A model generated the notes under the pieces. It made no database searches. It was given only the letters and a program-made list of their open reading frames with translations, and was not told the DNA's origin. This document shows, piece after piece, positions 1 to 12,700 of a stretch of 64,000 nt of DNA. The position numbers were made by a program, and so were the translations under genes. How positions within the stretch are numbered: the stretch's first letter is position 1; the number at the start of each line of letters is the position of its first letter. Source of the DNA: Euglena gracilis (Eukaryota); NCBI GenBank assembly GCA_039621445.1, contig CP154954.1:47471847-47535846 (forward strand). The letters run 5' to 3'.

Positions 1-611
1 AGACCCCCTCAACCACAATCAGGGACAGTAAGAAACACATCAAAATGTCAAATTTATTTTAATTTGATTTAATTAGAATTTAATTTTTGGGAAAGCCTAT
101 TCTGGAAGTCATGCAAATTCTCAATCAGGCCTCATTTAGTACGTTGCGGGAATTGTCGAAGGGAATTTTTTTGTGTTTCTGCGCGAACCAGCAAGGCATT
201 TCTTTCTGAAATTTTTCTGGAGCCCACGTTGGTCAAAAAAAATACCCCACTATCCCCCTGGAGCTTTCCAACAACAGAACAAGAAAAAGCAAGACCCCTG
301 CCTCATTCTGGGGGGTAGATTCAATGAGAACCCAAACCCATTTACCAACCCAAACCCATCACCACCGATTTTTTTTTGTGCATCATGAAATTTTCTTCTG
401 TGGAGGTTGTGTTAGGTTGGCTGGATCGAAACCTTGTGCTGAAGCTGTCACCCTGTAGGGGGGTCATTGTCCCTCTGGCAGCCTTTTAGCAACGTTACAT
501 TATGAAACATTTTTCGGCTGTGGAAATGTGTTTCAAGGTTTTAAAAAAAACATTTCCATGTATACACCTATTGTACATAATATATATATTTCAGCCCTTG
601 GCTGGAAGATA

Positions 612-1468
612 CAGTCAGTTCAAAAAGTCATGACCCAAGCTGGTTCAAAAAGTCATGACTCCTGAAAATTTCAAAAAAAATTTGTTCTCTTCCTTGCTAG
701 ACCCCTATGTCAGGCAATGGGTTGGCAGTGGTGGAGGAGGTACCTGGATGCTCTGTGTGTGCCACCCTGCAGACTGCACCCCTGCACTGCTGCGCTGTGC
801 ACGCCCGTGAGCTCCTTTTGACGCTGTGCCAGCACTCAGTGTTCTCCTCAAAATGCCAGAATCGCTCAGTGCAGCACATATGGGGATACACCGCAACCAA
901 GGTTCTGGTCAGCTCGGCGGTGGTCTCAAAATTGTGAGGAGGCACAGGCGGTCGAATTTATCGCCACAGTTCGCAGGATCCGATTATGGTTTGGTTCGGT
1001 TTGATTCGGTTTGTATTTATGGCTATGGTCCTTGGGTCGGGGGTTGTGATGATAACAGATGGGGAAGTTTGATGGATTTTTTTGCTTATTTTTGGTGCAC
1101 GGCGATAAATTTGGCGATAAATTCGACCGCCTGTGCCTCCTCACAATTTTGAGACCACCGCCGAGCTGACCAGAACCTTGGTTGCGGTGTATCCCCATAT
1201 GTGCTGCACCGAGCGATTCTGGCATTTTGAGGAGAACACTGAGTGCTTGGCACAGCGTCAAAAGGAGCTCACGGGCGTGCAGCAGCGCAGCAGTGCAGGG
1301 GTGCAGTCTGCAGGGTGGCACACACAGAGCATCCAGGTACCTCCTCCACCACTGCCAACCCATTGCCTGACATAGGGGTCTAGCAAGGAAGAGAACAAAA
1401 TTTTTTTGAAATTTTCAGGAGTCATGACTTTTTGAACCAGCTTGGGTCAGGACTTTTTGAACTGACTG
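612..1468. mobile_element. Foldback/MITE with about 355-bp terminal inverted repeats, flanked by TA (Tc1/mariner-like ends)
   Basis: 612-~966 (cagtcagttcaaaaagtcatgaccc...gaatttatcgcca) is a near-perfect reverse complement of ~1112-1468 (tggcgataaattc...ctttttgaactgactg). TA lies on both sides, with a spacer of about 145 nt. Confidence 0.85.
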
Positions 1469-1934
1469 TATATTATGTACAATGTGGATACATGTCATGT
1501 TCAAGTTGAGGGTGCACCGAATTGTGTTTTGCCTCAGAGTTAGAGTCAGGGTTAGGGTTTTGGTTATTGTAAGGATTAGGGTTAGGGTCAGGTGTTTTCG
1601 GCCAAAATTTGCCCTGGGTTTAGGCTAAAGTCAGGCTTAAAGTTGGGCCTAAATTTGGGCTTAACTTGGTCCAAAAACTGCCTCAGAACGGAAATGTGAA
1701 TCCTAACCCTAACCCTTGATGGTGAAAACGGCGAAGCTGACACCCACCAATGTGCTCATACAAGTGGGACCCACCCCAGGTCATACCACTGGGACCCCCC
1801 TCCCCCCGCTGGGAGGTCCCACAGGTTGCCATATATATTGTATTATATAAACATGTACATTATATTACATATACATGGATGGATATTGATCTGGATGTAT
1901 GATATAGATGCGTCTATAAAATCCTCATAAATTA

Positions 1935-2099
1935 TTTATGTATATATGGTATATGTTTATGTATATGTACATGTATATGTATATGTATATGTATATGTAC
2001 GCGTATACGTATATGAATATGTTTATGTATGTGTATGTGAATATGTGTATGTATATGTAATGTACATGTGTATGTGTATGTGTATGGGTATGTGTATGC

Positions 2100-2189
<90 letters not shown>

Positions 2190-2330
2190 TTTTGTGTGTG
2201 TATATGTATATGTATATGTACGTGTATATGAATATGTTTTTGTGCAACGTATATGTGCAATTTTTATGTGCAATTTTTTTTTATGTATATGTGAATATGT
2301 GCTTATATTTTACAGTATATGTGTGTACGC
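1935..2330. repeat. (TATATG)n microsatellite with degenerate flanks
   Basis: Hexamer tandem repeat is directly visible and explains the HI/YT/YM/YV ORFs. Confidence 0.95.
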
Positions 2331-3669
2331 ATATATTCTTTTGTGTGTATATTAACCCCTAAATAGAAAACCCTCCAGGCTTTATGATCGGATGGGATGT
2401 TAAGGCCCTCGGGGTGGGCTTTGTATTGGGGGGGGGACAGCTTATATTTGGGTGACAACTGAAATCAGTTAAAAATTTATAGGTATAAAATATTTGACTG
2501 CACTTGAAGACAAAGAGGCCATCGAAAAAAGTGTCATTTTTCCCACGTCTCAATTTTACCAAGAGCACCATTTTTGCCCAAAATGGAGCATTTATTTTTT
2601 TTAAAAAAATAATTGTAATTTTCATGCATTTTTTTATTTTTATTTTTGCTTTGAATGGCACCATTGGTGGGTTTTACATTAGGGGGAGGGGTGTTTTTAT
2701 ATTTGTGTGGCAAAACGAAACGTCTTGGTTGGGGCTTTATATACAGGGGGGGGGGGGAGCCAATGCATCAAAATATTGTCAGATTTTGGTCTTGGGGAAA
2801 AATCGGGCGAGGAATTTTCCATTATTGAAGAAATTTTCCAGCGAAAATTGAAAAATTATCAGGACAACAAAAATGCAAAAAAAAAACCGATTTCACAAGA
2901 AATTTGCCAAATTGAAAAGCCCAAAAAACCTCAAAAAATTGCAGTATTTTTATTCAAAATGAAAATTTGCCCCGAGGGAGCCGAAAATTTTATCTAAGTC
3001 CTCTGAAGCAGGAAGTGCACAACCGGGGGAGCTTGTAAAGGATTTTGCATACAAATTGCAATTTTGGAGTTTCCCCCCTTTTTTTTGTCGCTTTTTTGAA
3101 GGGTCCGTGTTGCATTTCCCCCCCCTTTTTAATATATTTGGGGTGTTGTAATGACATTTGACCATATGCAGAATTTCGGGAATCTTTGCAAGGTACATTT
3201 CCCATTCAGATTTTCAGTCATCTTGTCTCTGAACCTTTATGAATTCCCGTGAAATTCCTCTCCTCTGTCCAGTTGAGTTCTGTTCATTTTTGTTCAGTGG
3301 ATTTCATAAATTGCTAAATTGGGGGATTAGATTTCAAGCACGAAGTTTTTTGTCAACTGATGTGAAAAGTGATCAAATCCCCCCACATACGCACAGAATG
3401 GGGCCACACTGTGCCCTGATAAGGTTAAAAAAAAATTAATTTATTTTCCATTTTTTGACGCTTTTGGTGTGTTGACTTCATGACCTTGATGCACAACTTT
3501 TAACACATCTCAACGTGGTGGGGTTTCCGGTGGGGTTTCTGGGCAAAGCCTGGACACCTCCAGAGTGGATTTATTGTGCGCCTTCTGTTGTTTTATTTTT
3601 TTGGTGAGAATTGGGTATTTTTTTGTGATGGGGCTTTTCGTTTAGTCCACCTTTTTTTTGGTGGCCCAG

Positions 3670-3784
3670 GCTGACTTGATGAAAGCGTACCGGGCTGCGT
3701 TAGAAGAGCGCCGCCAGTTCCTCAAGGAAATCAGTGTCGTGGAGCAGGATCTTACTGAGGATGATTTCTTGGATCTGCAGCAAG
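3670..3784 (+). CDS. Exon of EF-hand protein (ADLMKAYRAALEERRQFLKEISVVEQDLTEDDFLDLQQ)
   Basis: cccag| acceptor and caag|gt donor, phase 1, matching the exon at 7450. Confidence 0.75.
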
Positions 3785-6700
3785 GTCAAAACCCCCTCCC
3801 AAGTGTCACCCCACCCAGAGTTTATAGCCCCCCTTCCCAAATGATTTTACAGTGCCCTTAACTCTTTGCGTGCCCAAATGTCTTTGCAGGAGGGAAGGCC
3901 GAAAGAGATTCGCCCAAAATAATTTTGCCCCCCTTTCACAAAAAAAAGGGAGGAAATGCGGCAAATCGATCCATCAATGGGTTAGGGTGTGATTTGCCCC
4001 AATAACTTTGCACGGGTAGGGGCCAAAGAGATCGGTCCACTAATTTTGCAGGGGGGCAAAATTATTTGGGAGGTTGGATTTTTTTTGGACCGGATTCAAG
4101 ATCCTCATGGGGCAGCCTTACGTTTGGCAGGGGTTTGTGTTTTGTGTGGCAAATCAAATTTTCCGCGACCAACACAAACGTAACCCCCACAAATAGCCAG
4201 GGTGCCAAAATTACTGGAACAATCTTTTTCACCTCCCCCCGCCAGGTTATTTGGGCATTGTTTCAGGAGCAGGGAGATATTCCGGTCCGGAATAAACCGG
4301 AATAAACCGGAAATGTTTTTTTTTTTTTTTTTTTGAAATTATGTTTTTTTTTTTTTTTTCTTTTGATTTTTTGTCTTTTTTGTTTTTGAAAATTTTTTGT
4401 TTTTAAATTTTTTTTTTTTTTTTTTTTTTTTTGAACCGGAATAACCCGGAATAACCGGAATAAAAGTGCCAGCCAATGGCTTGAAAATTCTGCAAGACAC
4501 AAAGGCAATGATGGTGAAGTTTGACATCTTTTCAGGTTTCAAAACCACAAGAGCAACAAAAGAGCGCAAGCGTAGCACAATCGGCATTTGATATCAGGAG
4601 CACATTTTTACTTTGCCTGTTTCTCCCCCTGGATGAATGCATTTTTTGTTTGGATTTTATCCCCACTTGTGGGGGCTGCACTTAGTGAATATTTGTCCCT
4701 GAGTTCTTTCCAAAGGTACATGAATTGGGACAATATCAACTGATTTTTGGGGGCAGGGATACCATTCAGGTTGTATTTTAGTCGGGTGCCGACCCCACCC
4801 CGGGGGGGAGGGGGTGCCTGCCTGGGCAGGCACCCCAAGGCACTCCAAATCCGGGCCCCCCCCGGGGGGGGCACACGGCCAAAAGTGCCCTAGCACAGAC
4901 CCGGCGCCAAAGGCGCCGGGGAGCCAAAAATGGCCTATTTTCAAAGGAATGTGCTTGAGCACAGGCCCAAATCCGACCCCCCCGGGGGGGGGGGGTAGTG
5001 CCTGCCTGGGCAGGCACTCATAGGCACTCCGGACCCCCCCCCGGGGTTGGTAAATAACAGCCTGATCCCATTGGACAAAGCGAATCATCCTTCAATCAGG
5101 GGGCAATAACACTCTTAGGCGGCCCAACTCGCATTTAAGGTTTTGATTTTTGCATTGCGCAACGTTGCACTCTGTTAGAACCCGGCGGTCAAACCCACCC
5201 TTTGGGCCCTCTGGTTCCGCGGGGACCCTGCACGGTGGCACGTGCATCATTTGCAGTTATTGGGACCCAGGACACAGACCCCTTTGGTGTTTTTAAGCCG
5301 GTGCTCCATTTTAAAAAGGTTCAAAACCCCGGGTTTGAACGCCGGGACGCGTGAATTTTCCCAAAAAAGGGCCAACACCCCTGTTGTGTCTCCCTCATTT
5401 TTGAAGCCTTGACTGTGTTCCCATGATGGTGCAGCACAGGCCAGGTGACTTTTGGGCCATTTTGTTAGTTTTTTAGGCTCTGTGATCTGTCCGTGAAGGT
5501 TTGCCTGCTGAGGTGTCCGCTTCGGCACAACAGCTAATTTGGAATTTTAATAATTGTATTTCTATTGTGCCGTGGCGCAATATAACTCTTAAATTTTCAT
5601 TCTACATGAGCGTGCCCAATTTGCGGATGCGCAATAAAACCATATTTTTATTGCGCAAGTGCGCAATGATCCCCCACATCAGAATTACAAAAAATTAGAA
5701 GCATTGTGCCAAAGCGCAATGTGTTTTATGTTTTGTAATGAAAAAAAATGTTGTGCCATGGCGCAACTGCGCAATGGAGTTCTCTCGTTTCATTATCCGG
5801 CGCTTTGGGGTCATGCACACTGGTCCCGTGAACCGTGTGCCTGGACAACGTGGAGTTCCAACTCGTTACTTCCGTCCCCAGGCCCTAGGGGTGTAGGGAG
5901 ACATTAATTCGGATTGTCCTGAACCTCAGGCCTCGGTGTTCGAAAACAGAACTTTTTTGCAACATTGCGTGCCGGCGCAATTATACACTTTCAAAGCTAA
6001 GTGCGAGTTAGGCCGCCTAAGACATTCGGCGGGACATTTTTGTGAAGAAAAATATAGCACTGCCTCAAGAGAAAACCCCGAGCGCCAATTTTCATCGGCT
6101 TGTTTTTCCGGAAAAGGCCGGGGTCTGCTGTGGTGTGCAGACCCGCGTCACCAAGTGCGGAGTGACCACTTGGCGGGGCGGGGCAACCAAGGAATGCATC
6201 CCTATTCCTGAAGCCCGGGTGAGCGCCTCGGCCAAATTGTACTTCAAAAAAATCCAAAGTCCATTCAGACAGAAATTGACTGGAATAAACCAGAATAAAT
6301 TCCGGAATAAACCGGAATAACCCGGAATAAACCGGAATAAGACCCCGTAATAAAATTTTCGGCCGACCGAATATCTCCCTGCCCCTGATTATTTTCAGTC
6401 GTAAGGATTTTTGCCTTAAAAGGGGGGTTTACTGGAACCATATTTTTTTGGCTTGCCCCCCGCCAGTTTGCCAGCAGCAAGGGCCCCTCCAGGTTATTGG
6501 GGGGGGGGGTTGTTTTCTAATACAGTTTTGCCCCATCCAGCCCAAATTTCGCTATTTTCAAACAAAATTCCGGCAGGCGACCATTTTTGGACCAAAGCTG
6601 TCAAATTCATGGCCTAAACTGTGGACTCCTGGTGAGGGAGGGGCTCTTCTATCCACATCCTGCTCTTGTAGTGGCACTCTAATGTTTGGGCTGTTATGCT

Positions 6701-9700
6701 GTGTTATCTCCCCCGAAGGGGGCGGGAAACATTCTAAACATCCCACCCCTTTTCCTGATATATCTGTGATTGGGTTTCCAGAACCGTGATCCCCCCGGTT
6801 CTTTTGGACGTGGCAATTGGCTGGTGTTTTTTTTTCTTTCCTCGGAAAAATCCTGCTTTTGACGTTTTATGGCAATGTACAGCCTTGCTCCCACATTTGT
6901 TCCCATATTCTCCAGAGCTGGGAAAAGCATCGCTGAACAAACAGACCAGTTGTTTTGTTTCAAGGGGACGACCATTTTGTTGTGTTGTTTTTTTTGTGTT
7001 CTTTGAACATTTTTCATGTTTTGACCAAATTTATCTTTTTTTTGGATTTTCCTACATTTTTTTTTGTGTTTTGCTGGGAGATGAAGCAATTTTGTGCCGA
7101 TTTTAAAGATTGTATTTTTGGAAGAAGCAGCTCTACAACTTGAAGGAAACAGGAAATTGCTTTTTTGTGACCTCAACCTCCCAGAAATGCATGCAGTTGC
7201 TTCTTTTTTTGTGTGTTTTTTCTCTTTCGAATTTTTTTTGGCTCAATTTTTGTTTGGAAAAATGGTAGGCAGAAGTTTGGGAATTACCCAAATTTTTATC
7301 CTGTAATGGGCAATCTCAAAGACAATTCAGATTTTTGGTTACAATGACGTTCCTGGTTGTGAGGAATGCCGCATTTATGATCCTCCATGTCGCCTGCATC
7401 TGCCCACATCTGGTGGCGACATCCACACAGACCGTCCCAATGCTTTCAGGGTTCTGCGAACTCGACGTGCGGAATTGTGGGCGCATTTCGGTGGATGAAC
7501 TTGCTGCAGCAGGCGAGGTGTGGGTTTTTCTTGGCATGGCATTCTGAAGCCTGTTTGTGCCGAGCGTATTTCTCAACATTTCGGCACGCATTCAACGTGT
7601 GCATGATCCAATGGGTTCTATTCCAGCAGCCATGATGGAAAGTTTATTTGTTGTCAGTGTGCCTCTAAAGAAGTTTTTTTTTTGGCTTCACAACCACCGC
7701 GGAACAATTATTGCAACCGATTTTCTGCGACAGACTTCTTGTTGTGCCCGTCTGCACCGCACCAACTTTGAAATGTGCACCACAACTGCCGCTCAATTTT
7801 TTTTATTTGCTGCTTTTCACTTTGCATTTCTATGCATTTGTTCGGGAGGGCGAGGGTGCTACTGTGGTGTGCTTTTTGTTTTGACAAGAGCCTAGGTGGG
7901 AACCATTGTCATCCCATTATATTTGCATCCACGGGTTTTCTTAAGGACTCCAGCCAGCTGACTGGAAAATAGCTCCGGGCTGGAAAACAGGTCCTGGTTG
8001 GACCCCCCCCCCTGAGGGGGGGGGTCCAAGGTCCACTCGACTGGCAGCTAGACCCAGTTGGTACCCCGAAAATAAGCAAAAAAGTCCAATTTTAGGTAAA
8101 TTGGTAGTTTGGAATTTTCAGCCAAATTTTGGAGATGAAAACCCAAACCCCCCTCAAAAATACTATTTTGCAAAAAAAATGCGGCACATTGTGCACATTC
8201 TTTTTTGGGGGGGTCCAGCCCCAGTTTTATTTAAGCGGACCCCTCAGGGGCAGATCTGCAGCCTGGCTGGCTGACTAAGCCTGGCTGACTAATGATCACT
8301 GCGGAAAACACTTGCGCTGCGACTGCAATGAAAAAAAATGTGTCAAATGTTTTGTGCCACCTCCGCTTCAGCAATAAATTATTGCCGTTGCGGAAAATCC
8401 ACTGACCACGGGACCATCCATGGAATTTCAAATTTGAACAGAATTCTTAGAGAAAAACTTTAAACCCCTTTAGAAACCTTTGAAACCCCCTTAAAAAACC
8501 ATAAAAATGCCTCAGAGAACTTTGAAATATTTGCAATTTTTTGCGCAGGTGTCACGGCACAAAAAATTATAAGGGCGATCTGGGCATCGAACAGGGTCCA
8601 AATAATAATAATATATAATATAATATAATAATATATCTAAACTATAATAATAATATTTGGGCCCCCATTGTTTGAGTTTGGGTGGATAGACAATGTCCCA
8701 GCGATGCCAGCTAGTTTTTGCTGAGGTTTTGCCACTTCACCTTTTCTCAGTTGAAGAAAGATTTTGTCCGAGTTATTTCTTAAGCCTTTTTTAATGTTTT
8801 TAAAGGGTTTTAAGGTCTTAAAAAAATAAGCGTGCTCGGCGCACACGACACGCGTGGTCGTATGGTGGAAAGGTGTGGCTTTGCTTGTGGTTGGGGGTGG
8901 GGGACGTTCTGCTCCTTTCTGCCGCGCAGGAGATTGCGGGGCGGACTTTCACGGTGGAGATGTTCCGTGCTGCCGCCCGCTCCCGGGACGACTCCGTCAG
9001 CCTGGCGGAGGTGATCGCAGTGCTGTTCCCCCACTTCTCCCCGCACCTCATCGACCTCTTCCTGCGCATGGCGGGGAACGAGCCCCCCCACCCCGACTAC
9101 CCCCCGCCGCCTCAAGTACCACCTTTCTGCCTCCTTTTCTGTCGTGCACCAATCATTCAATTATCTTCAACCCAAATCAAGTGATTCAATTTTATTATTT
9201 AACAAAGAATAATATAAAATCAGTTGATTTTTTAAAAAATCAATTGATAATTGTTGATTGTTCATTGTTAAATTTATTATTTACTTTCTTAAAGTATTAT
9301 TACTTATTTTCTCATATGCGGCTTTTCATCCCAAATTGTTGTCATCTGTGGGTGGAGCCGGCTGGTTGCAGCCCAGAGGAACGGTTGTTCATGACAAGGC
9401 CAAAGCCGGAGGCCGTGGTGCACCGTGGGATTTGTGTGATCTGTGGAGACAAACGGGGGGCTGTTGGTTCACAGGAAGTGGCCCAGCCGCTGGAAGAGTT
9501 CCAGATCAACCCGGCGGCCATTATGCTGTCGCGCGAGGAGTTCCTGGCCCTCCGGATGGGCTACGAGAAAGTGGTCCGTGGTGCCGGGGCTGCAGTTTGG
9601 AGGGCAACACATCAACTGCAATAGAAGCCAATGCCTTTTACCAGGAAGCACATTTTCTCTGAATCTTTCCGCAATTTTTTTGTGATGAGGTTTTCTTCTC

Positions 9701-12700
9701 TCACGGTGAGATTATATATGTTTCATAGTTTGTTTTCAGATTTTTATGCAGGTTTTGCAGAGTGCCTGCTGTCTGTTATTTGTTTGCGCATTTCACCCAC
9801 CCTCTGTCTTTGATTTATCCGATCAGTTCCAATCTGTGCGCTGCAATTGTGGCACCCCGCCCTTCGCCCAGCGGTGCTGCATCCCCCTCCCACTGCACGG
9901 TATCGCTTGCGGCTGCCAGCGTTGGTTGCGGCTGGGGAAACCATAGCTGGCAATCGCTTCACCCGAAAAATTCTCAGGCCCTCCCCACTTCGATCTTCCT
10001 GATTTCTGAAGGTTGGGACGGAGGGGGAGGGGAGGTGGGTGGGTCCCCCCCGGGGGGGGGGGGGCGAGTGGGTACCCTTGCAAAAGGTTTTTATTGTTTC
10101 CTTTTGCGCACAAAGTTCCAGACAAATAAATTTTCGAACCCCTAAATTAACCCCCAAAGTGGTTTCCCACCGACTTAGGCGGCCTAACTCGCACTTAAGG
10201 TTTTGATTTTTAGCTTGCGCTTTCGCGCAAATTTTCGATCTTTTTGAAACCCGGCGGTAGAACCCACCCTTTTGATCCTCTGGTTCCGCGGAGACCCTCC
10301 ACGGTGGCGTGTGCATCATTTGCCAATTTTGGGACGTGGGGAACAGGCCCAATTTTGGTGTTTTTCAGCCTGTGCACCATTTTGAAAAAGGGTCAAAACC
10401 CTGGGTTTGACTGCCGGGACACGTGAATTTTCCCCCCAAAAAAGTGCCAAAACCCCCGTTGCGAGTCCCTTGTTTTTGAAGCTTTGACAGTGTTCGCCGG
10501 ATGGTGCCACACAGGCTGGGCGACATTTGGCCCTTTTTGTTGCTTTTTTTAGGCTCTGCGATTTGCGTCTGAAGGGTTGCCTGCTGAGGCATCCAGAGGG
10601 TGGACTCTACATACACGTTGTGAAAAGTTGGAAAAACCGGCATGTCACAGAGTTGTGATCCCTGGGTGCTTGAAGCGTGAGGAGCGGTACAGCGGGAACC
10701 ACCCAGGTGGGGGGGGGGTTGGGGGGATTGAGGGCAAGCCCATGGACCTGTCCCAACGTCTGGTGAGCAACGCCAGGCCCCACACTGCCGGGCACAGAAG
10801 GCAATGTTTTTGGACATTTGCGCTTAAGCGCAAAATTTTTAACTTGCGCTTAAGCGCAAGTTAAAACAAAAGCCCCTGAGCTTATGGGAGTCCCTCTGAT
10901 GTGTTACGGTGTGTCGGGGGCCCCTCTCTGCATGGCCAGTGTGCAGGCTTGGTGAGGAAATGCAATGCAGTGTGTGGGTGTGTGTGTGTGTGTGTGTGTG
11001 ATTGAGTGTTTGTGTGTGTGTGTGCCCACGCGCGTGTGCATGTGTGTGTGTGTGTGTGTGTGTGCAGGACGGTCTTCAAGGGATGGGGATAATTATTTTT
11101 CCTTGGGCTTAAGCAGCCAAACATGCAATTGGGCCTTGGCATGTCGTCTTGCACAACTGCGCAAAATCCCCACTTCTCGAGATTTGGGTTGGGTTTTTGA
11201 ACTGCTGGTGGCACGCCGCCTTGCCCCCATTGTCCGGGGGTGAAGCCTGGGGGGAGAGACAAAATTTTGGTGTTTTTGGTCCTCTCATGACACCAAGAAT
11301 GGCACCAATTTTCTTTCCCACAGGTTTCATCCCCAGGAAATGAGAAATTACCCAAACCCCTGATCTTGTCCGCCCACATTTCCTGAGTGGCAACCAGATA
11401 TATATTTTTTTTAGGTTTGGGTCAGGCTGAATTCCTCCCCCCTCCGGAGGGGGATTTTCTCCTTTTTCGATGCGAAGCGCCGGAATGATCTGTCGGACCC
11501 AAAATTGACCCCAAAAGCGGGTCCCCCAGCCCCCCCCCCCCCCCTGGGGGGGGAGAGGGACAGGTGAACCAGCATCAGATTGTGCTCTGGAGGTCTGAGG
11601 TCGGGTGACAGATCCTCCGCTTTACAAGGAGCCTTTTCACACACCTTTACTGGTAGAAATGGACTGTCAGATAACTCCATTTCTGGTGGATGGGGGGGGG
11701 GATGAGACTGCAGCAGGACCCCCGGACCCCTTTCCTGGGGGGGGGGGGCAGCCAGCACCTTTTTTTCCAGCCAGCAGTTTTGTTTGTTCAGCCGGTCGAC
11801 TTCACTTGTTCTTGTGAGTGTCTCATTTGTCCAGTCACGCAAAGTGGACCACTTGAATAGTTCGTTTGTGCAGTCGTGCAGAGCAGAGTGCAAACACAGC
11901 ATCCATGAAGTCGACGTGTTGTGCAGCATTAAAGCGAGCCAAGGTTTCACAGTATGTTTTCCCTTGTACATATCAGGTGATTTGTGGCTGCTTTTAAAAA
12001 AAAAACGGGGGATGGTCGAAGGATGCCGGAACTCCCTGATGTTGATCTGTTTTGCTCAGCAATGTCCATTCACTGCCCATTTTTCCTTCTTACTTTCAGG
12101 TGAATGTGCTGGGACGGCAGATTTTTTCCCCACGTTTTGTTTTCTTGGGCCGCCCTGTGTGTATCGCGCGTATGCGCCTTTTTGTGTACGTATGTGCGGG
12201 TGTGTCTGCCTGTCTGTCTGTCTGTGTGTGAATGGGTGGGTAGTGGATGGGTTTGGTTCTTTGTGGTTCAGCACCACCTCCCTTTCGAGGAAAGCCCCAC
12301 CCCCGGGTGGCCTGCTGCCGTTTGCCGAAACACTCGTCCAGCACGGCCACAACGGCGCCATCTCGTTCCTCGACATCCTGCGTGCCTGGATGCCCTCTGT
12401 CCCGGAGCAGGTCCGCCTTCCTTTCTCTCCGTCCCCCTTCCCTCCTCTGGCCCATATCCGACAACAAGCTCCCCCGGCTCCAAAACAGGAATTCGGACGT
12501 CCCGGTGCCTGTCAGCAACCCCCCTTCGCTTTCTCTGCGGTGCTGTGCTTTGAGACAGACGGCCGGCCGGCTGGCAACCGCTCTGCAGACCCCAGTTAAG
12601 GCCAGCCCCACTTTCGGACTTCACCCACGAAAGTCGGGGTCCGGCGCCGAAGAAACACAGCGGGGTTATCCCCCTCCCCCTGACGCAGGTGCTGCGGGCC

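Noticed and set aside
697-1375. Mirror-image ORFs on opposite strands
   Set aside because: They are a consequence of the foldback arms and show no recognisable protein motif.
1925-2362. HI/YT/YM/YV ORFs, and similar CV, RACV, MYVC and HNTTQ ORFs elsewhere
   Set aside because: They are translations of microsatellites.
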